64,000 nucleotides of DNA from an uncultured Verrucomicrobiae bacterium. GTDB lineage: Bacteria > Verrucomicrobiota > Verrucomicrobiia > Chthoniobacterales > Chthoniobacteraceae. Shown here one piece after another: positions 40,416 through 52,465 of the stretch. The translations under genes and the position numbers were made by a program. The DNA is taken from positions 416,001 to 480,000 of the forward strand of contig CAWHEP010000008.1 in NCBI GenBank assembly GCA_963828525.1, read 5' to 3'. The stretch's first letter is position 1, and the number at the start of each line of letters is the position of its first letter. The notes under the pieces are model-generated. The model saw only the letters and a program-made list of their open reading frames with translations. It ran no database searches and was not told where the DNA came from.

Positions 40416-42992
40416 TCAGTTCAAAGGGCCCGGCGCAAGCTGCGAGGCGGGAAGCGCTTCCTCCTCGATCTCTTTCCACCACATGTGGAACAGCCGCTCC
40501 ATTGCCTCCCGAGGATCCTCAACCACGAGAGCCTCCTTGATCTTCGTCGCGTACATGTCGAAGGAGAGAGGCGGCACACGATTGACTGGGCGCAGCCGGA
40601 TGGGCGTTCCCACCAGGCGGCTGAGATATGCTTTCGCGCCCTCAACATCAAGAAACGTCTGCATGGAATCACGCCTCGCCTCGCGCAGCAGCACATGCTC
40701 AGGCTCGTGCTCACGCAGCACATTGAAGATGACTTCGCTCGACCACTGCAACTTCCTCACCGGCTTGCTGCTCCCGAAGAAATTGCGATAAACCATCAAG
40801 CCAGTCTGGGCAGCATTCCTGAAGTGGAATTTGAGCATTTCCGACCGCGCCAGCGCCTTATGGAACTCGACTTCGAAATCGTCCGGCGCAAACAGGATCG
40901 GAATTTCCTCGGCGGTAAAAAACTGCTTCGCCGGAACAGTGAGAACGAACCCGTAATCATGCGGAGTGGCTACGGCGTTGCCGCCGCGCAACCGGCTCAG
41001 GCGCGCTGTCACTACCCGCGCAAGAGCATCGTTCGCCGCGCGTCCGATCACGGAATGTATAAAGTAATGCCGGGCGTGGGAGTCGCCGTCCGCGAATTCC
41101 TCGATGAGGAGGAAGTCAGAGGTCGGTATTTCCGACAACTGCGCTTGCGCCGCGTACATCCGGCGTATGATCGAGGCATTTGCCTCTCCGCAATCCAGCC
41201 TCGTTGCAATCCACGACGCGGTGTCTTTTTCGGATTGCGCCTCCAGCACGACCCGCAGCTCACCTCTGAAGCGAGTGATTTCTTCAGCCAGATTACTGGA
41301 CAAAGGCATCTTATTCGCGTTCCAGCGCGGCACCGTCGGGAGCCGACCCTCTGCCCGGCTTACAAAGACCTCCATGACACCATGCCGGTCCAGTTGCACC
41401 GGGCGACCTCCGATCATGAATACATCGCCCGGCTTCAAATGCCGGATAAAGCTCTCCTCCACCGATCCCAAACTCCTGGTTTTCAACCTGACATGGACCA
41501 CTCCCACGTTTGGGATAACCCCTATATTCTGCAAGAAATCCCGTTGCACCCTTCCCCGCCTTGTCTGGAAACCCTCGTCGTCCAGCTCGATCTTCCCGAA
41601 GGTGTCCGCGTATTGCGCGCGGAGGGCTTTGCCCCCGCCTGCAAGGTAATCCAGCACATCGTCAAAATCTTTTTGGGACAGGTCCCGATATGGGTACGCG
41701 CCCCGCGCAAGCTCCAGCGCCTCGTCCCGGCCCCATCGCCTGTCGCACCCCATGCTCACCAAATGTTGGGCCAGAACATCCAGCGGGGATTGTGGCAGCC
41801 GCACCCGATCGAGCAGCCGTCTCCGGGCCAGGAGCACCGTGGCGCAAGCTTCCACAAGGTCGCTCATGTTCGTCGCCATAAGAACGCCGCGGCTTACCGT
41901 GTGTATGTTGTGTCCAGCCCGTCCGGTCCGCTGCAGGGCCCGGCTCACCCCTTTGGGCGTAGAGAGCATCACCACTAAATCGACGGAGCCTATATCGATA
42001 CCCAGCTCAAGACTCGTAGAGCAGACGACGGCCCGCAGCTCGCCCCTTTTCAATCGGTCTTCCACCTCTAGGCGCAGGTCACGATCCAATGACGCGTGGT
42101 GGCATTCCACCTGGTCCGCCAGTTTGGGCAGCGCCTGTCTCAGCCAATACGTTGCCGACTCCGCGCCGGAGCGCGTATTGGTAAACACAAGCGTCGTCCT
42201 CTTCGCCTTCACAAGATTGCCAAGCTCCCTGATCAAGCGATGGCCGGTGTACCCAGCCGCCGGGTAAGGATCCTTGCGCAGAGGAGTGTGGACGCTCAGC
42301 TCGATCTGCTTGGAGGAAGAGGCATCCACCACCTCGCAACGCCCATGCGTCCCCGCAAGGAACTGCGCCACCTCCTGGATCGGCGAGACTGTGGCGGAAA
42401 GCCCTATGCGCTGCAACCGGCTCCCGCCCCCTTCTCTGCCTGACAGTCCCTCCAATCGCTGGAGACTCAGGCTCAGGTGAGCGCCTCGCTTGCTTTCGGC
42501 AAACGCGTGTATCTCGTCCACGATCAGCCATCGCGTACCCGCCAGCAGCGGCAACCATCGTGGCTGGCTCAGAAGCACGCACAGGCTTTCCGGCGTGGTG
42601 AGAAGGATATGAGGCGGCCTGCTGAACTGCCTCTGTCGTCTTGAGGATGGGGTATCGCCAGAGCGGAGTTCGACGCGGATAGGCCCCTTTTCGCCAAGGA
42701 TCTCGCGCAAAGGCTCATTGAGATTCTTCTCCAGATCATACGCCAGCGCCCGCAATGGAGAAACATAGACGCACTGGATTCCCTCCCGCAGATTACCCTT
42801 GGAACTCAGCCGCTCCAGTTCATCCAGCACCGAGAGAAACGCCGCGAATGTCTTGCCCGTTCCCGTCGGCGACGCGATCAGAACATTGTCTCCCGCGGCG
42901 ATGATGGGCCATGCGGCCTCCTGCGCCGGCGTTGGCTTTTTATATCTTTTTTTGAACCAGTCGAATACCGGCGCGCCTGCCTTAAACTGCAT
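40416..42992 (-). CDS. lhr: Lhr-Core DEXH-box helicase
   Basis: PTPAQ, SPTGTGKT, SPLRAL, TTPESL, DEIH, GLSAT, HHASL, SLELGIDIG, QRTGRAGH, LDVLAQHL; about 858 aa with no C-terminal glycosylase extension. Confidence 0.9.
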   Translation of the reverse strand: MQFKAGAPVFDWFKKRYKKPTPAQEAAWPIIAAGDNVLIASPTGTGKTFAAFLSVLDELERLSSKGNLREGIQCVYVSPLRALAYDLEKNLNEPLREILGEKGPIRVELRSGDTPSSRRQRQFSRPPHILLTTPESLCVLLSQPRWLPLLAGTRWLIVDEIHAFAESKRGAHLSLSLQRLEGLSGREGGGSRLQRIGLSATVSPIQEVAQFLAGTHGRCEVVDASSSKQIELSVHTPLRKDPYPAAGYTGHRLIRELGNLVKAKRTTLVFTNTRSGAESATYWLRQALPKLADQVECHHASLDRDLRLEVEDRLKRGELRAVVCSTSLELGIDIGSVDLVVMLSTPKGVSRALQRTGRAGHNIHTVSRGVLMATNMSDLVEACATVLLARRRLLDRVRLPQSPLDVLAQHLVSMGCDRRWGRDEALELARGAYPYRDLSQKDFDDVLDYLAGGGKALRAQYADTFGKIELDDEGFQTRRGRVQRDFLQNIGVIPNVGVVHVRLKTRSLGSVEESFIRHLKPGDVFMIGGRPVQLDRHGVMEVFVSRAEGRLPTVPRWNANKMPLSSNLAEEITRFRGELRVVLEAQSEKDTASWIATRLDCGEANASIIRRMYAAQAQLSEIPTSDFLLIEEFADGDSHARHYFIHSVIGRAANDALARVVTARLSRLRGGNAVATPHDYGFVLTVPAKQFFTAEEIPILFAPDDFEVEFHKALARSEMLKFHFRNAAQTGLMVYRNFFGSSKPVRKLQWSSEVIFNVLREHEPEHVLLREARRDSMQTFLDVEGAKAYLSRLVGTPIRLRPVNRVPPLSFDMYATKIKEALVVEDPREAMERLFHMWWKEIEEEALPASQLAPGPLN

Positions 42993-43042
42993 ATTCACGG
43001 CCAACCTACACCCTGCGGCATCCAATTCCCTGAAAACAGTCT

Positions 43043-43071
43043 TTGCCATCGAAGCCGCCGCCATTTATAAA
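43043..43071 (+). promoter_or_regulatory. Sigma70-type promoter of pyc
   Basis: TTGCCA-17 nt-TATAAA, then 10 nt to ATG 43082. Confidence 0.6.
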
Positions 43072-43081
43072 GCGGCGAGCT

Positions 43082-46000
43082 ATGAAAAAGGAGAACGCGC
43101 CTCAGGGAAAACAAGCGGCCAATCTTCGAGCATCGCTCGTTGGAAAAAAATTGCTCGTCGCGAATCGCAGTGAAATCGCTATTCGCGTGTTCCGCGCGGC
43201 CACGGAACTCGATCTGCGCACGGTCGCCATCTACGCGGCGGAAGACCGGCTTTCCATCCATCGCTTCAAAGCGGATGAGGCCTACCAGGTTGGGGAAGGC
43301 AAAGGCCCTGTCGGCGCTTATCTTGACATCGAGGGCATCGTAGCCCTCGCGAAGGAGAAAGGGGTGGACATGATCCACCCCGGCTACGGCTTCCTTTCGG
43401 AGAATGCGCGGTTTGCTTCTGCTTGCCGCGAAGCCGGGATCACTTTCATCGGGCCCTCTCCCGAATTCTGGATCTCATGGGCGACAAGGTGGCCGCCCGC
43501 GCCCTAGCCCTGAAACTCAATGTGCCCACATTGCCCGGAACGGAAAACCCGATTACCGCGCGAGACGAAGCGTTGAATATCGCCGAGAAAATAGGGTTTC
43601 CTCTCATCATCAAAGCCGCTTTTGGAGGCGGTGGACGCGGCATGCGAGTCGTTCAGAAGGGCGCCGATCTCGTGGCTCTTCTAGATGAAGCGCGCAACGA
43701 AGCTGAAAGAGCTTTTGGAAATCCCGCGGTGTTTCTCGAGAAATTCATCCGCCGGGCAAAACACATAGAGGTTCAAATCCTGGGCGACCAGCATGGGAAT
43801 GTGCTGCACCTTCATGAGCGCGATTGCTCCGTGCAACGCAGGCACCAGAAGGTCGTGGAGATAGCTCCTTCTGTTAACCTCGACGATACCCTCCGCCACG
43901 CGCTCTGCGATGCCGCCGCCAGGATGGCGCGGGAAATTGGCTACAACAATGCCGGAACCGTCGAGTTCCTGTTCGATATGGACAGCCAGGAGTGGTTCTT
44001 CATCGAGATGAACCCCCGCGTGCAGGTCGAGCATACTGTCACCGAAGTGATCACGGGCATCGACATCGTGAAATCGCAGATCCTCATCGCGAACGGCGCG
44101 ACGCTCGAGGAGATCGGCCTTCCAACTCAGGACAAAGTTCCCCGCCTCGGTGTCGCGATCCAATGCCGGGTCACGACCGAAGACCCGGAGAACAAATTCA
44201 TGCCGAACTACGGGAAGATCATCACTTTCCGCACGGCCTCCGGCTTCGGCATTCGGCTGGATGCTGGCATGGGATATACCGGCAGCGTCGTTACTCCTTT
44301 TTACGATTCCCTGTTGGTAAAGATCACGGCTTGGGGACAGACCTTCGAGGAGGCCATGCAGCGCATGCACAGGGCTCTGCAGGAATTTCGCGTGCGGGGC
44401 GTGAAGACCAACATACCCTTTCTCGACAATGTCATCACAAACGACATTTTCCGCGCTGGGCTCGCGACAACCACCCTCATCGATACCACTCCTGGCTTGT
44501 TCGTTCTCAAGCCGCGCCGGGATCGCGCGACCAAGCTGCTGGCCTTTCTGGGCGACGTGATCGTGAATGGCAATCCGCAGACGAAAGGGCATCCTACTCC
44601 CCCGCATCTCGAGGCTGTGCCGCCACCCGCTTACAATCGCACACAGTCGCCACCGCCCGGCACTCGCCAGTTACTCCTCGAGCTTGGCCCAAAAAAGTTC
44701 GCCGAGTGGACGCTAAAGCAGGAACGGCTCCTGGTAACGGACACCACCTTCCGCGACGCTCACCAGTCTCTTCTGGCCACCCGCCTTCGGACTTACGATA
44801 TGCTCGCCGCCGCCGACGCAGTGGCCCGTCGCACCCCCGGCCTGTTCAGTCTCGAAATGTGGGGAGGCGCTACGTTCGATACCTCCATGCGCTTCCTCCA
44901 TGAAGATCCTTGGGGCCGCTTGCGCGCGTTGCGGCAGAAGGTGCCCAATATCTGTTTCCAGATGCTTCTTCGCGGCTCCAACGCTGTTGGCTATTCCACT
45001 TATCCGCCAAATGTCGTGGCGGGGTTTGTGAAACATGCCGCGTCCCAGGGCATCGACATCTTCCGCGTTTTCGACTCCCTCAATTCCCTTCCGAATCTAA
45101 AGGCTGCCATGGAGGCGATCCAGGCTACTCACGGCATCTGTGAAGCCGCGATCTGTTACACCGGAGACATCCTCGACCCCGCTCGCACAAAATACTCGCT
45201 GAAATATTACGTCGCCATGGCGAAGGAGCTTGCCCGCATGGGAGCGCATTTCCTTGCGATCAAGGACATGGCGGGGCTCTGTCGTCCATACGCGGCTTCC
45301 GCTCTGGTCCGCGCGCTCAAGCAGGAAGTGGGGCTGCCGATCCATTTCCATACCCATGATACCAGCGGTATAAACGCGGCTTCAGTATTGCAGGCCAGCG
45401 AAGGCGGCGTCGATGTTGTTGACCTCGCGATCGCTTCCATGTCCGGCTCGACGAGTCAGCCGAACCTCAACTCCATTGTCGCCGCGCTTCAACACACCCC
45501 TCGGGATACCGGCCTTGACCTCAGCGCGCTTAACGAGTTCGCCGATTACTGGGAGCAGGTACGCGCTTTCTATGAGCCCTTTGACACCGCGCCGAACAGC
45601 GGCACCGCTGAAGTGTACGAACACGAGATGCCGGGTGGCCAATACACCAACCTCAAGGAACAGGCTGCCGCCATGGGACTCGGAGCCCGCTGGCGCGAGA
45701 TCGCCCGCTGCTACGCCGACGTTAACCTGATGCTCGGCGACATCGTTAAAGTCACGCCGAGCAGCAAAGTCGTCGGCGATCTTACGATGTTCCTCATCAC
45801 GCGAGGCATCAAGCCCGCTGATGTTGTAAACCTCACTCCCGAGACTTCCTTCCCTGAGTCCGCCGTGGATATGCTCTCCGGCGGTCTTGGCGAGCCGATG
45901 GGTGGATGGCCCAAGAATGTTGTGAATGCCATCGTCGGCAAGCAGAAGGCGAAGGCGCAAAAACTCCCGAAGATCGACCTCACAGCCACGAAAGCGGAAC

Positions 46001-46557
46001 TGGCGTTGAAACTAAAACGCGAAACCAACGAGGACGATCTTTACAGCCACCTGATGTATCCGCAGGTGTTTGCCGAGTTTGCCAAATTTGCGCGCGACTA
46101 CAGCGATGTATCCGTGCTGCCCACCCCTGCTTTCTTTTATGGCCTGAAACCGGGCGAGGAAATTTCCGTGGATATCGAGGAGGGCAAAACCCTTTTCATC
46201 AAGTTGATCAACACTGGCGCGCCGGATAAGGACGGGCGCCGCGTGATCTCCTACGAGCTGAACGGCATGCCTCGCGAATCAAGTGTTCAGGATAAGTCCG
46301 TCGCCCCAAAAGTGAAAGCGCGCCCAAAGGCGAACGCGTCGAACCCGAAGGAGGTAGGCGCTCCCATCCCGGGGATGGTCACAGCGCTCCCTTTGGGAAT
46401 CGGCAGCAAAGTCACGAAAGGCGACAAGATCGTGACCCTCGAAGCCATGAAGATGCAAACGACTCTTTACGCTCCGGCGGACGGCGTGCTGGACGAACTC
46501 CTGGTGCAAGTAGGAGACTCTGTCGAAAGCGACGATCTCCTGGCGCGCCTTCGTTAG
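43082..46557 (+). CDS. pyc: Pyruvate carboxylase, one frameshift near 43465
   Basis: [53 protein letters not shown], biotinylation site EAMKM. Confidence 0.97.
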
Positions 46558-46576
46558 TTCGCGCGCCACGCGCGAA
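46558..46576. terminator. Perfect hairpin between convergent pyc and antitoxin genes
   Basis: TTCGCGCG-cca-CGCGCGAA immediately after the pyc stop. Confidence 0.55.
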
Positions 46577-46593
46577 TGACTGTCCGCGCAGGG

Positions 46594-46833
46594 CTAATAG
46601 TGTCCCTTGTTGTAGTCCAGTATCGCTGCAGTGTCGATTATCCTATCGCCGAAGATGCGTTTGGCGCGAGCGGCGAAATCCGGCGTTTTCTGGCTCACGA
46701 TGCGCGCGGCGCCAGGAATGATCCGACCAATAATAATTCCACGTTTCGTTAGCTGAACTTCCTCTCCGCCCGAAAACCATGCCTCGACGCGGGGAAAATT
46801 ATAGCGCAAATCGCTGATGGTCGCTGACTTCAT
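46594..46833 (-). CDS. Phd/YefM-like antitoxin, no adjacent toxin
   Basis: MKSATISDLRYNFPRV...GEEVQLTKRG..IGRIIP matches the Phd/YefM N-terminal pattern; 79 aa. Confidence 0.75.
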   Translation of the reverse strand: MKSATISDLRYNFPRVEAWFSGGEEVQLTKRGIIIGRIIPGAARIVSQKTPDFAARAKRIFGDRIIDTAAILDYNKGHY

Positions 46834-46853
46834 GCGATGCAATCTAAAGCGTC

Positions 46854-46866
46854 ACAACAATGTTGT
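46854..46866. promoter_or_regulatory. Inverted repeat in the antitoxin promoter (putative operator)
   Basis: ACAACA-A-TGTTGT within minus-strand AGGACA-17-TAGATT, 7 nt before ATG 46833. Confidence 0.5.
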
Positions 46867-46873
46867 CCTGTGC

Positions 46874-49800
46874 TTAAAATCCGAAATCCAATATTGGCAG
46901 CCCGTCCAGTTCCAACTTGAGTTCGGGCAGTGGATTCACCCTGTATTCCGAGCTCAAGCGCACCCGAAGCCGCGGCCCTTCCTGCCTAACGAAGTCCAGA
47001 TGAACATCCCGGGGGCCGGGGAAACGTCGTATGGCTGCTTGCAAAATCAGGAGATCGTTCTCGCTCATCCTATCCATTCGCAATGCCATGAGTATGGGCT
47101 CCGCGCGGACTCCACGTTTTAGCGCGCTTATCTCGGACGCGACAACCCGTGGCGTCTCGTCCCGTTTGTCCAAGCGTCCGGTGATGGCAACGGCGCGGCC
47201 TTTTTCAAGAAACGACGCGCATTTCGTAAACGTCTCATTCCAAACGGGCACCTCCACAGCGCCGGTGAGATCTTCCAGAACGAGCACTGCAAACGGCTTG
47301 CTATCCTTTTTTGTGAATTTTTTCTCGACCGAGATAAGGGCGCCGGCCACCTGTACCTGTAGCGCGATCGTCCATCTCTCCCAACGCCTGCACCGCGACA
47401 TATTTGCCGCTCTCCAGCAGGGGCCGGTATTCATCCAAGGGGTGGCCGGTCACATAGAAACCGAGCAACTCCTTCTCGTAAGCAAGCTGCTCGTCTACAG
47501 GCCACGGTGGAACTGGCGGAGCCAAATTCCGACGCGTGGGAGTCGAAGGCGCGGCGATGGCATCGAACAACGAGACCTGTCCCGCTTCGCGATCCCGATG
47601 CGCCGAGGCGGCTGTCGAAAGGGCTGAATCTATCGCCGCAAAAAGGGACGCCCGATCCGTCCCGGTGAAATCGAACGCGCCGCATTTTACGAGGCTCTCC
47701 AAAACCTTCTTGTTTATCCGGCGGGGATCGAGCCGTGAGCAAAAATCTTCCAGCGACTGATATGCGCCGTTCTTCCGGCGCTCTTCCACAGCGGCTTCCA
47801 TTGCCAGTTCTCCCACGTTTTTCACGCCGGCAAGGCCAAATCGAATCCCTGTTTTTTCCCGCGAGACCTCAGGCGCGAACTTCAGCGCGCTCCGGTTTAC
47901 ATCCGGCGGCAATATCTCGATGCCCATTCGCTTGCACTCCGCCACAAAGATGGAAATTTTGTCGGTGTTGTTGATCTCGTTGCTCAGCAGCGCGGCCATG
48001 AACTCCACGGGGTAGTTCGCCTTCAGGAAAGCGGTCTGGTAGCTGATGAACCCGTACGCTGCGCTATGGCTTTTGTTGAACCCATACCCCGCAAACTTCT
48101 CCAGCAGGTCGAAGATGGAGTTTGCCTTCTTCTCGGCGATATTGTTCGTCTTTTCGCAGCCAGCGATAAAGGTGGCGCGCTCCTTCGCCATCTTTTCCTT
48201 GTCCTTCTTCCCCATGGCCCGTCGCAGCAGATCGGCCTGCGCGAGGCTGTAACCGGCGAGAGCGCTCGCCGCCGCCATCACCTGCTCCTGGTAGATCATG
48301 ATTCCGAACGTTTCCGCGCACACTTTTTCCAGTAGCGGATGCTCGTATTTAATCTTTGTCTCGCCCTTCTTCCGATTGATGTAGTCCGGAATCAGATCCA
48401 TTGGCCCGGGCCGATACAACGCAATCAGCGCAATGATGTCTTCGATCTTCTGGATGTCGAATTTCCGGCAGAGATTTACCATGCCACCGGATTCCAGCTG
48501 GAAAACACCGATCGTCTCGCCCCTGTTTAGAAGAGCAAAGGAAGGCTGATCATCGAACGGCAGGTCGCGCGCCGAGAACTCCGGGACCTTCTCGCGGATG
48601 AGCAGTTCGGCATCCTGAATTACCGTCAATGTCTTCAAGCCCAAAAAATCCATTTTCAGCAATCCCAGGTCCGTGAGCGGCCCCATGGAAAATTGGCTGA
48701 TTACATCCCCGTCCGGCCCCTTTGAAAGGTCGGATCGCGACAGCGGCACATACTCTGAAAGATCGCGATCGCCGATCAGCACTCCCGCCGCATGAACCCC
48801 CGCCTGCCGCGACAAGCCCTCCAGAGTGGTGGCGTACCCCCACAGTTGCGCCGTCGCCGGCTCCGTCTGGATGGCCTTCTTCAAATCCGGGTTCTTCTCT
48901 GCCGCCTTCTTGAGATCGATGTTCAACTCGTTGGGGATCATCTTCGCCAGCCGATCCCCATCCCCGTAGCTCAGGCCCATTACGCGGCCTACATCCCGTA
49001 TCACGCTTTTCGCCCCCATCGTTCCAAAGGTCACGATTTGCGCCACCGCGCGCTCCCCGTATTTGCGCCGTACATAATCGATCACTTCTCCCCGCCTGTT
49101 CTGGCAAAAGTCCACATCGATATCGGGTGGGCTTACGCGATCCGGATTTAAGAACCGTTCAAACAGCAGGCCAAATCGCAACGGATCGATATCCGTTATC
49201 CCCATCACGTAGGCCACCATCGATCCCGCCGCCGAGCCTCGTCCGGGCCCAACCGGGATCCCCTTCCTCTTGGCGTAATCAATGAAGTCCCAAACAATCA
49301 GGAAATAGCTTACGAACCCGGTCTTCTCGAGAACCGACAGCTCGTATTCGAGGCGTTGCGTCAGCTCGGGCTCCTTTTCCACCCGCTCGCCGTAACGCTC
49401 CTTGAAGCCCTTGTAACAGATTTCCCGCAACAACCCCTCCCGCGTCTGCCCCACATCCACGATATAGGCGGGATACTTAGGCTTCCCGAACTCCAGACGA
49501 AGGTTGCACCGCTCCGCGATCCGCAGCGTATTGTCGAGCGCCTCCGGGTGTTCCGCGAACAGAGCTCTCATCTCCTGCGGCGACTTGAAAAAAAGCTCGG
49601 GCACGTAATGCATCCGGCGCTCATCCGCTACGTTGGCGGCGGTGCCAATGCAGATCATCACATCGTGCGCCTCGTGGTGCGTTCGCTCCAGAAAATGCAC
49701 GTCATTGGATGCCACCAGCCCGATTCCAAATTCCCGCGCGAGCGCCACCAGACCAGCGTTGCATTTGCTCTGCGCTTCGATCCCGTGCTGGTGCAACTCG

Positions 49801-50327
49801 AGGAAAAAATTCTCCTCTCCCAGGATGTCACGGAACTCAGCGACCGACGCTCGCGCCTTTCCCATCTGATCCCCTTGAATCGCCATATTGATCTCCCCCT
49901 TCAGACAGCCGCTTAGCCCGATCAGCCCCTTCGAATGCTTCGCAAGCAGCGCCTTGTCGATGCGCGGCTTGTAATAGTGACCCTCCAGATGCGCGAGCGA
50001 GATGAGCTTCACCAGATTGTGGTAACCCACCTCATCGGTCGCCAGCAGGGTGAAGTGGTACGCGGCATCCCGCCCCGAAGAAGCGTTACGATCCGTCATC
50101 GCGCCCGGAGCCATATAGGCTTCGCACCCGATAATCGGTTTTATTCCCGCTTTCAGCGCAGCCTGGTAGAAGTCGATGGCCCCATACAGATTCCCGTGAT
50201 CGGTTATCGCCACCGCTGGCATCCCGAAAGCGACTGCCTGCCGCATCAATTGATCGATCCGAACCGCCCCATCCAGCAGAGAGAACTCCGTGTGAACGTG
50301 GAGATGAACGAACGAGTCGACGGCCAT
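46874..50327 (-). CDS. dnaE: DNA polymerase III alpha subunit, one frameshift near 47356
   Basis: FVHLHVHTEFSLLDG, GPGRGSAAGS, PPDIDVDF, HAAGV, KMDFLGL, YGFNKSH; the OB and C-terminal domains are in the second ORF. Confidence 0.97.
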
Positions 50328-50478
50328 GTGGAAATGATACAATCAAACCCGCCAATTACACGGAATCAGAAGGGGTATATTCAATCCCGTGACGTTGACA
50401 ACGGTCCAATTACATGGCCCTCGCCGTGCTCCTGCCGGGGAACTCGCCTCCCTTCGGCCCAACCTTCTGAGGTCGGGG

Positions 50479-51408
50479 CTAAGGCACGATCTCTGCAGCG
50501 GTTTTAAAATGGGTTTTGGCCACTTCATTTAGCACCCCCACCCCATGGACCGCCACGAGGTCACGGGCGACCTGCTTGACCTGCGCCGAAACTCCGCGCG
50601 GCATCACCACGCGAAAACTCCTGCCAGCCTTTTCCAACCAGTCGATGAACCGCTCGCGAGCAAGGATCGACGCGGCCGCGACCGCCAGATCGGACTCCGC
50701 TTTTGTCCTTTGTTGCAGCTCGATCTCGCGTCCCTTCGCGAGCAGCGCTGTCTGGATCAGCTTCGGGTTTGCAAATTGATCCGACAACGCTCTCGGGCAG
50801 TCGGATCTGATATCCAGCAGGTTTTCGATCACCCGGGCGTGGCCCCAGGCGAGCAGCCGGTTGAGATTGCCGATTTTGGCAAAAAGCTGGTTGTATTTCA
50901 CCGGACCGATCTCCACAACGCTCGATACGGCGCCCTGCGTCTTCTTGATGACAGCCGCAAGGCTCCTGATCCGCTGATCGGATCCAATCCGTTTGCTATC
51001 CTGGATTCCCGCGTCCATGAAGCTGCGGGCGATCCCCCGATCCACATACACTCCCGCGATCACCAGCGGTCCGAAGAAGTCGCCCTTGCCGCTTTCGTCG
51101 ATCCCGAAGTGCGGCGTAAACATTTCCGGCGAGTTGACTTCCTCGTACCCCAGCTTGGCCTGTCCCAAAATCTCCGGCTCCAGCCTGAACGTCACAAACT
51201 CCTCGGTATTCTTCCCTTGCACCACCACCTTCGGCCCCTTCTCGTAAACGGCGATGCTTAGCTTATCCTTCTGGGCGAAGTAGAGCGTGTAGGGACGGGC
51301 TTCAAACTCGAAATCCTCGGCCTCCAAAATCTGCCTCAACCTGGCCGCTTGCTCGATGGTGAGAGCAGAGGTGTAAAGCGACAGCTTCCTGGGCGTTCCT
51401 TCTGGCAT
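50479..51408 (-). CDS. rnhC: Ribonuclease HIII
   Basis: N-terminal TBP-like domain ([13 protein letters not shown]), [37 protein letters not shown]. Confidence 0.93.
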   Translation of the reverse strand: MPEGTPRKLSLYTSALTIEQAARLRQILEAEDFEFEARPYTLYFAQKDKLSIAVYEKGPKVVVQGKNTEEFVTFRLEPEILGQAKLGYEEVNSPEMFTPHFGIDESGKGDFFGPLVIAGVYVDRGIARSFMDAGIQDSKRIGSDQRIRSLAAVIKKTQGAVSSVVEIGPVKYNQLFAKIGNLNRLLAWGHARVIENLLDIRSDCPRALSDQFANPKLIQTALLAKGREIELQQRTKAESDLAVAAASILARERFIDWLEKAGRSFRVVMPRGVSAQVKQVARDLVAVHGVGVLNEVAKTHFKTAAEIVP

Positions 51409-51456
51409 AAGGTTTGTTCGCCTTCCCTCGTCGCATTTGCAATCATTCCGCGCCGA

Positions 51457-52450
51457 ATGGGCAAAGATTCTCCAGCAGCCAGCCCGCCCCTTTTCAGAAG
51501 GCGATTGACCGCGTGGTTCGATGCGAACGGACGCGATCTCCCATGGCGCAGGACGCGTGACCCATACGCAATCCTCGTCTCCGAGGTCATGCTCCAACAG
51601 ACGCAGGTGGCGACCGTGATTGACTATTACCTGCGCTGGATGGCTCGTTTCCCCACTGTCGTCGCCCTCGCGGCCGGCGCAGGAGCCAGACATCCTCCAC
51701 GCATGGCAGGGACTTGGCTACTATTCCCGCGCCCGAAACCTCCACCGCGCCGCTCAGCGGATCGTCTCTGAACACGACGGCAAATTCCCGCGCGCGGTCC
51801 GCGAAATCCGCGCGCTCCCAGGCATCGGAGAATACACCGCAAATGCCGTCGCCACCTTCGCTTTCGAACGCCCGGTCCCGTTGCTCGAAGCAAACACGAC
51901 CCGTGTTCTCTCGCGGCTGTTTGCCTTCACAAATCCCTCCGACACCGTCGAGGGGAGATCAGCATTGCGCTCCCACGCCGCCGGCCTGCTCCCCCGCGCG
52001 AACGCCTGCCGCTACAACTCCGCGCTCATGGAACTCGGCGCCCTCATCTGCGTTCCGCGCAGACCTAAATGCGACATCTGCCCCGTCCAGGCGTGGTGCC
52101 TTACCGAGGCTCCTGAGGCGCTTCCGACAAAGCGGGCGAGGATGAAAACGGTCTTGATCGAGCAGGAACGCGCGTTCATCCGCATACAAAACAACATACT
52201 CCTTGAGCAGCAAACCACCGCCCGCTGGCGCAACCTGTGGTGCCTCCCTCCGCGCTCCGGAAGCGGAACAAAGCCATGCCTGGTGTTGAAGTACACCATC
52301 ACACATCACGCCGTCACCCTCTCCGTCTTCAGCGAAGAGCCGGCGCCAACGCTCGCCCCGAATCAGCGATGGATACCCATCGACTCCCTCGCCGAATACC
52401 CCATGCCGTCCCCCCACCGCCGCGCATTGAACAGCATGTTGCAAAAATAG
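51457..52450 (+). CDS. mutY: A/G-specific adenine glycosylase, frameshift near 51675
   Basis: [29 protein letters not shown], Hh[10 protein letters not shown], Fe-[18 protein letters not shown]. Confidence 0.93.
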
Positions 52451-52465
52451 CGGGGTGTTTGTCTC

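Noticed and set aside
40381..40482. ORF-track N-terminal extensions (uvrA to 40482; likewise lhr to 43064, rnhC to 51693, usp to 13405, the hypothetical to 7506, mntR from 14692)
   Set aside because: They overlap neighbouring genes or promoters and precede the family-typical N-termini.
47301..47434. Naturally split or programmed-frameshift dnaE
   Set aside because: Removing one G restores DDRATVQVAGAL. There is no intein or slippery heptamer, and the contig is indel-prone.
50328..50478. Possible ncRNA (SRP-like) between rnhC and dnaE
   Set aside because: Only a short hairpin near the rnhC stop and GC-rich sequence; the conserved SRP helix-8 motif is not present.
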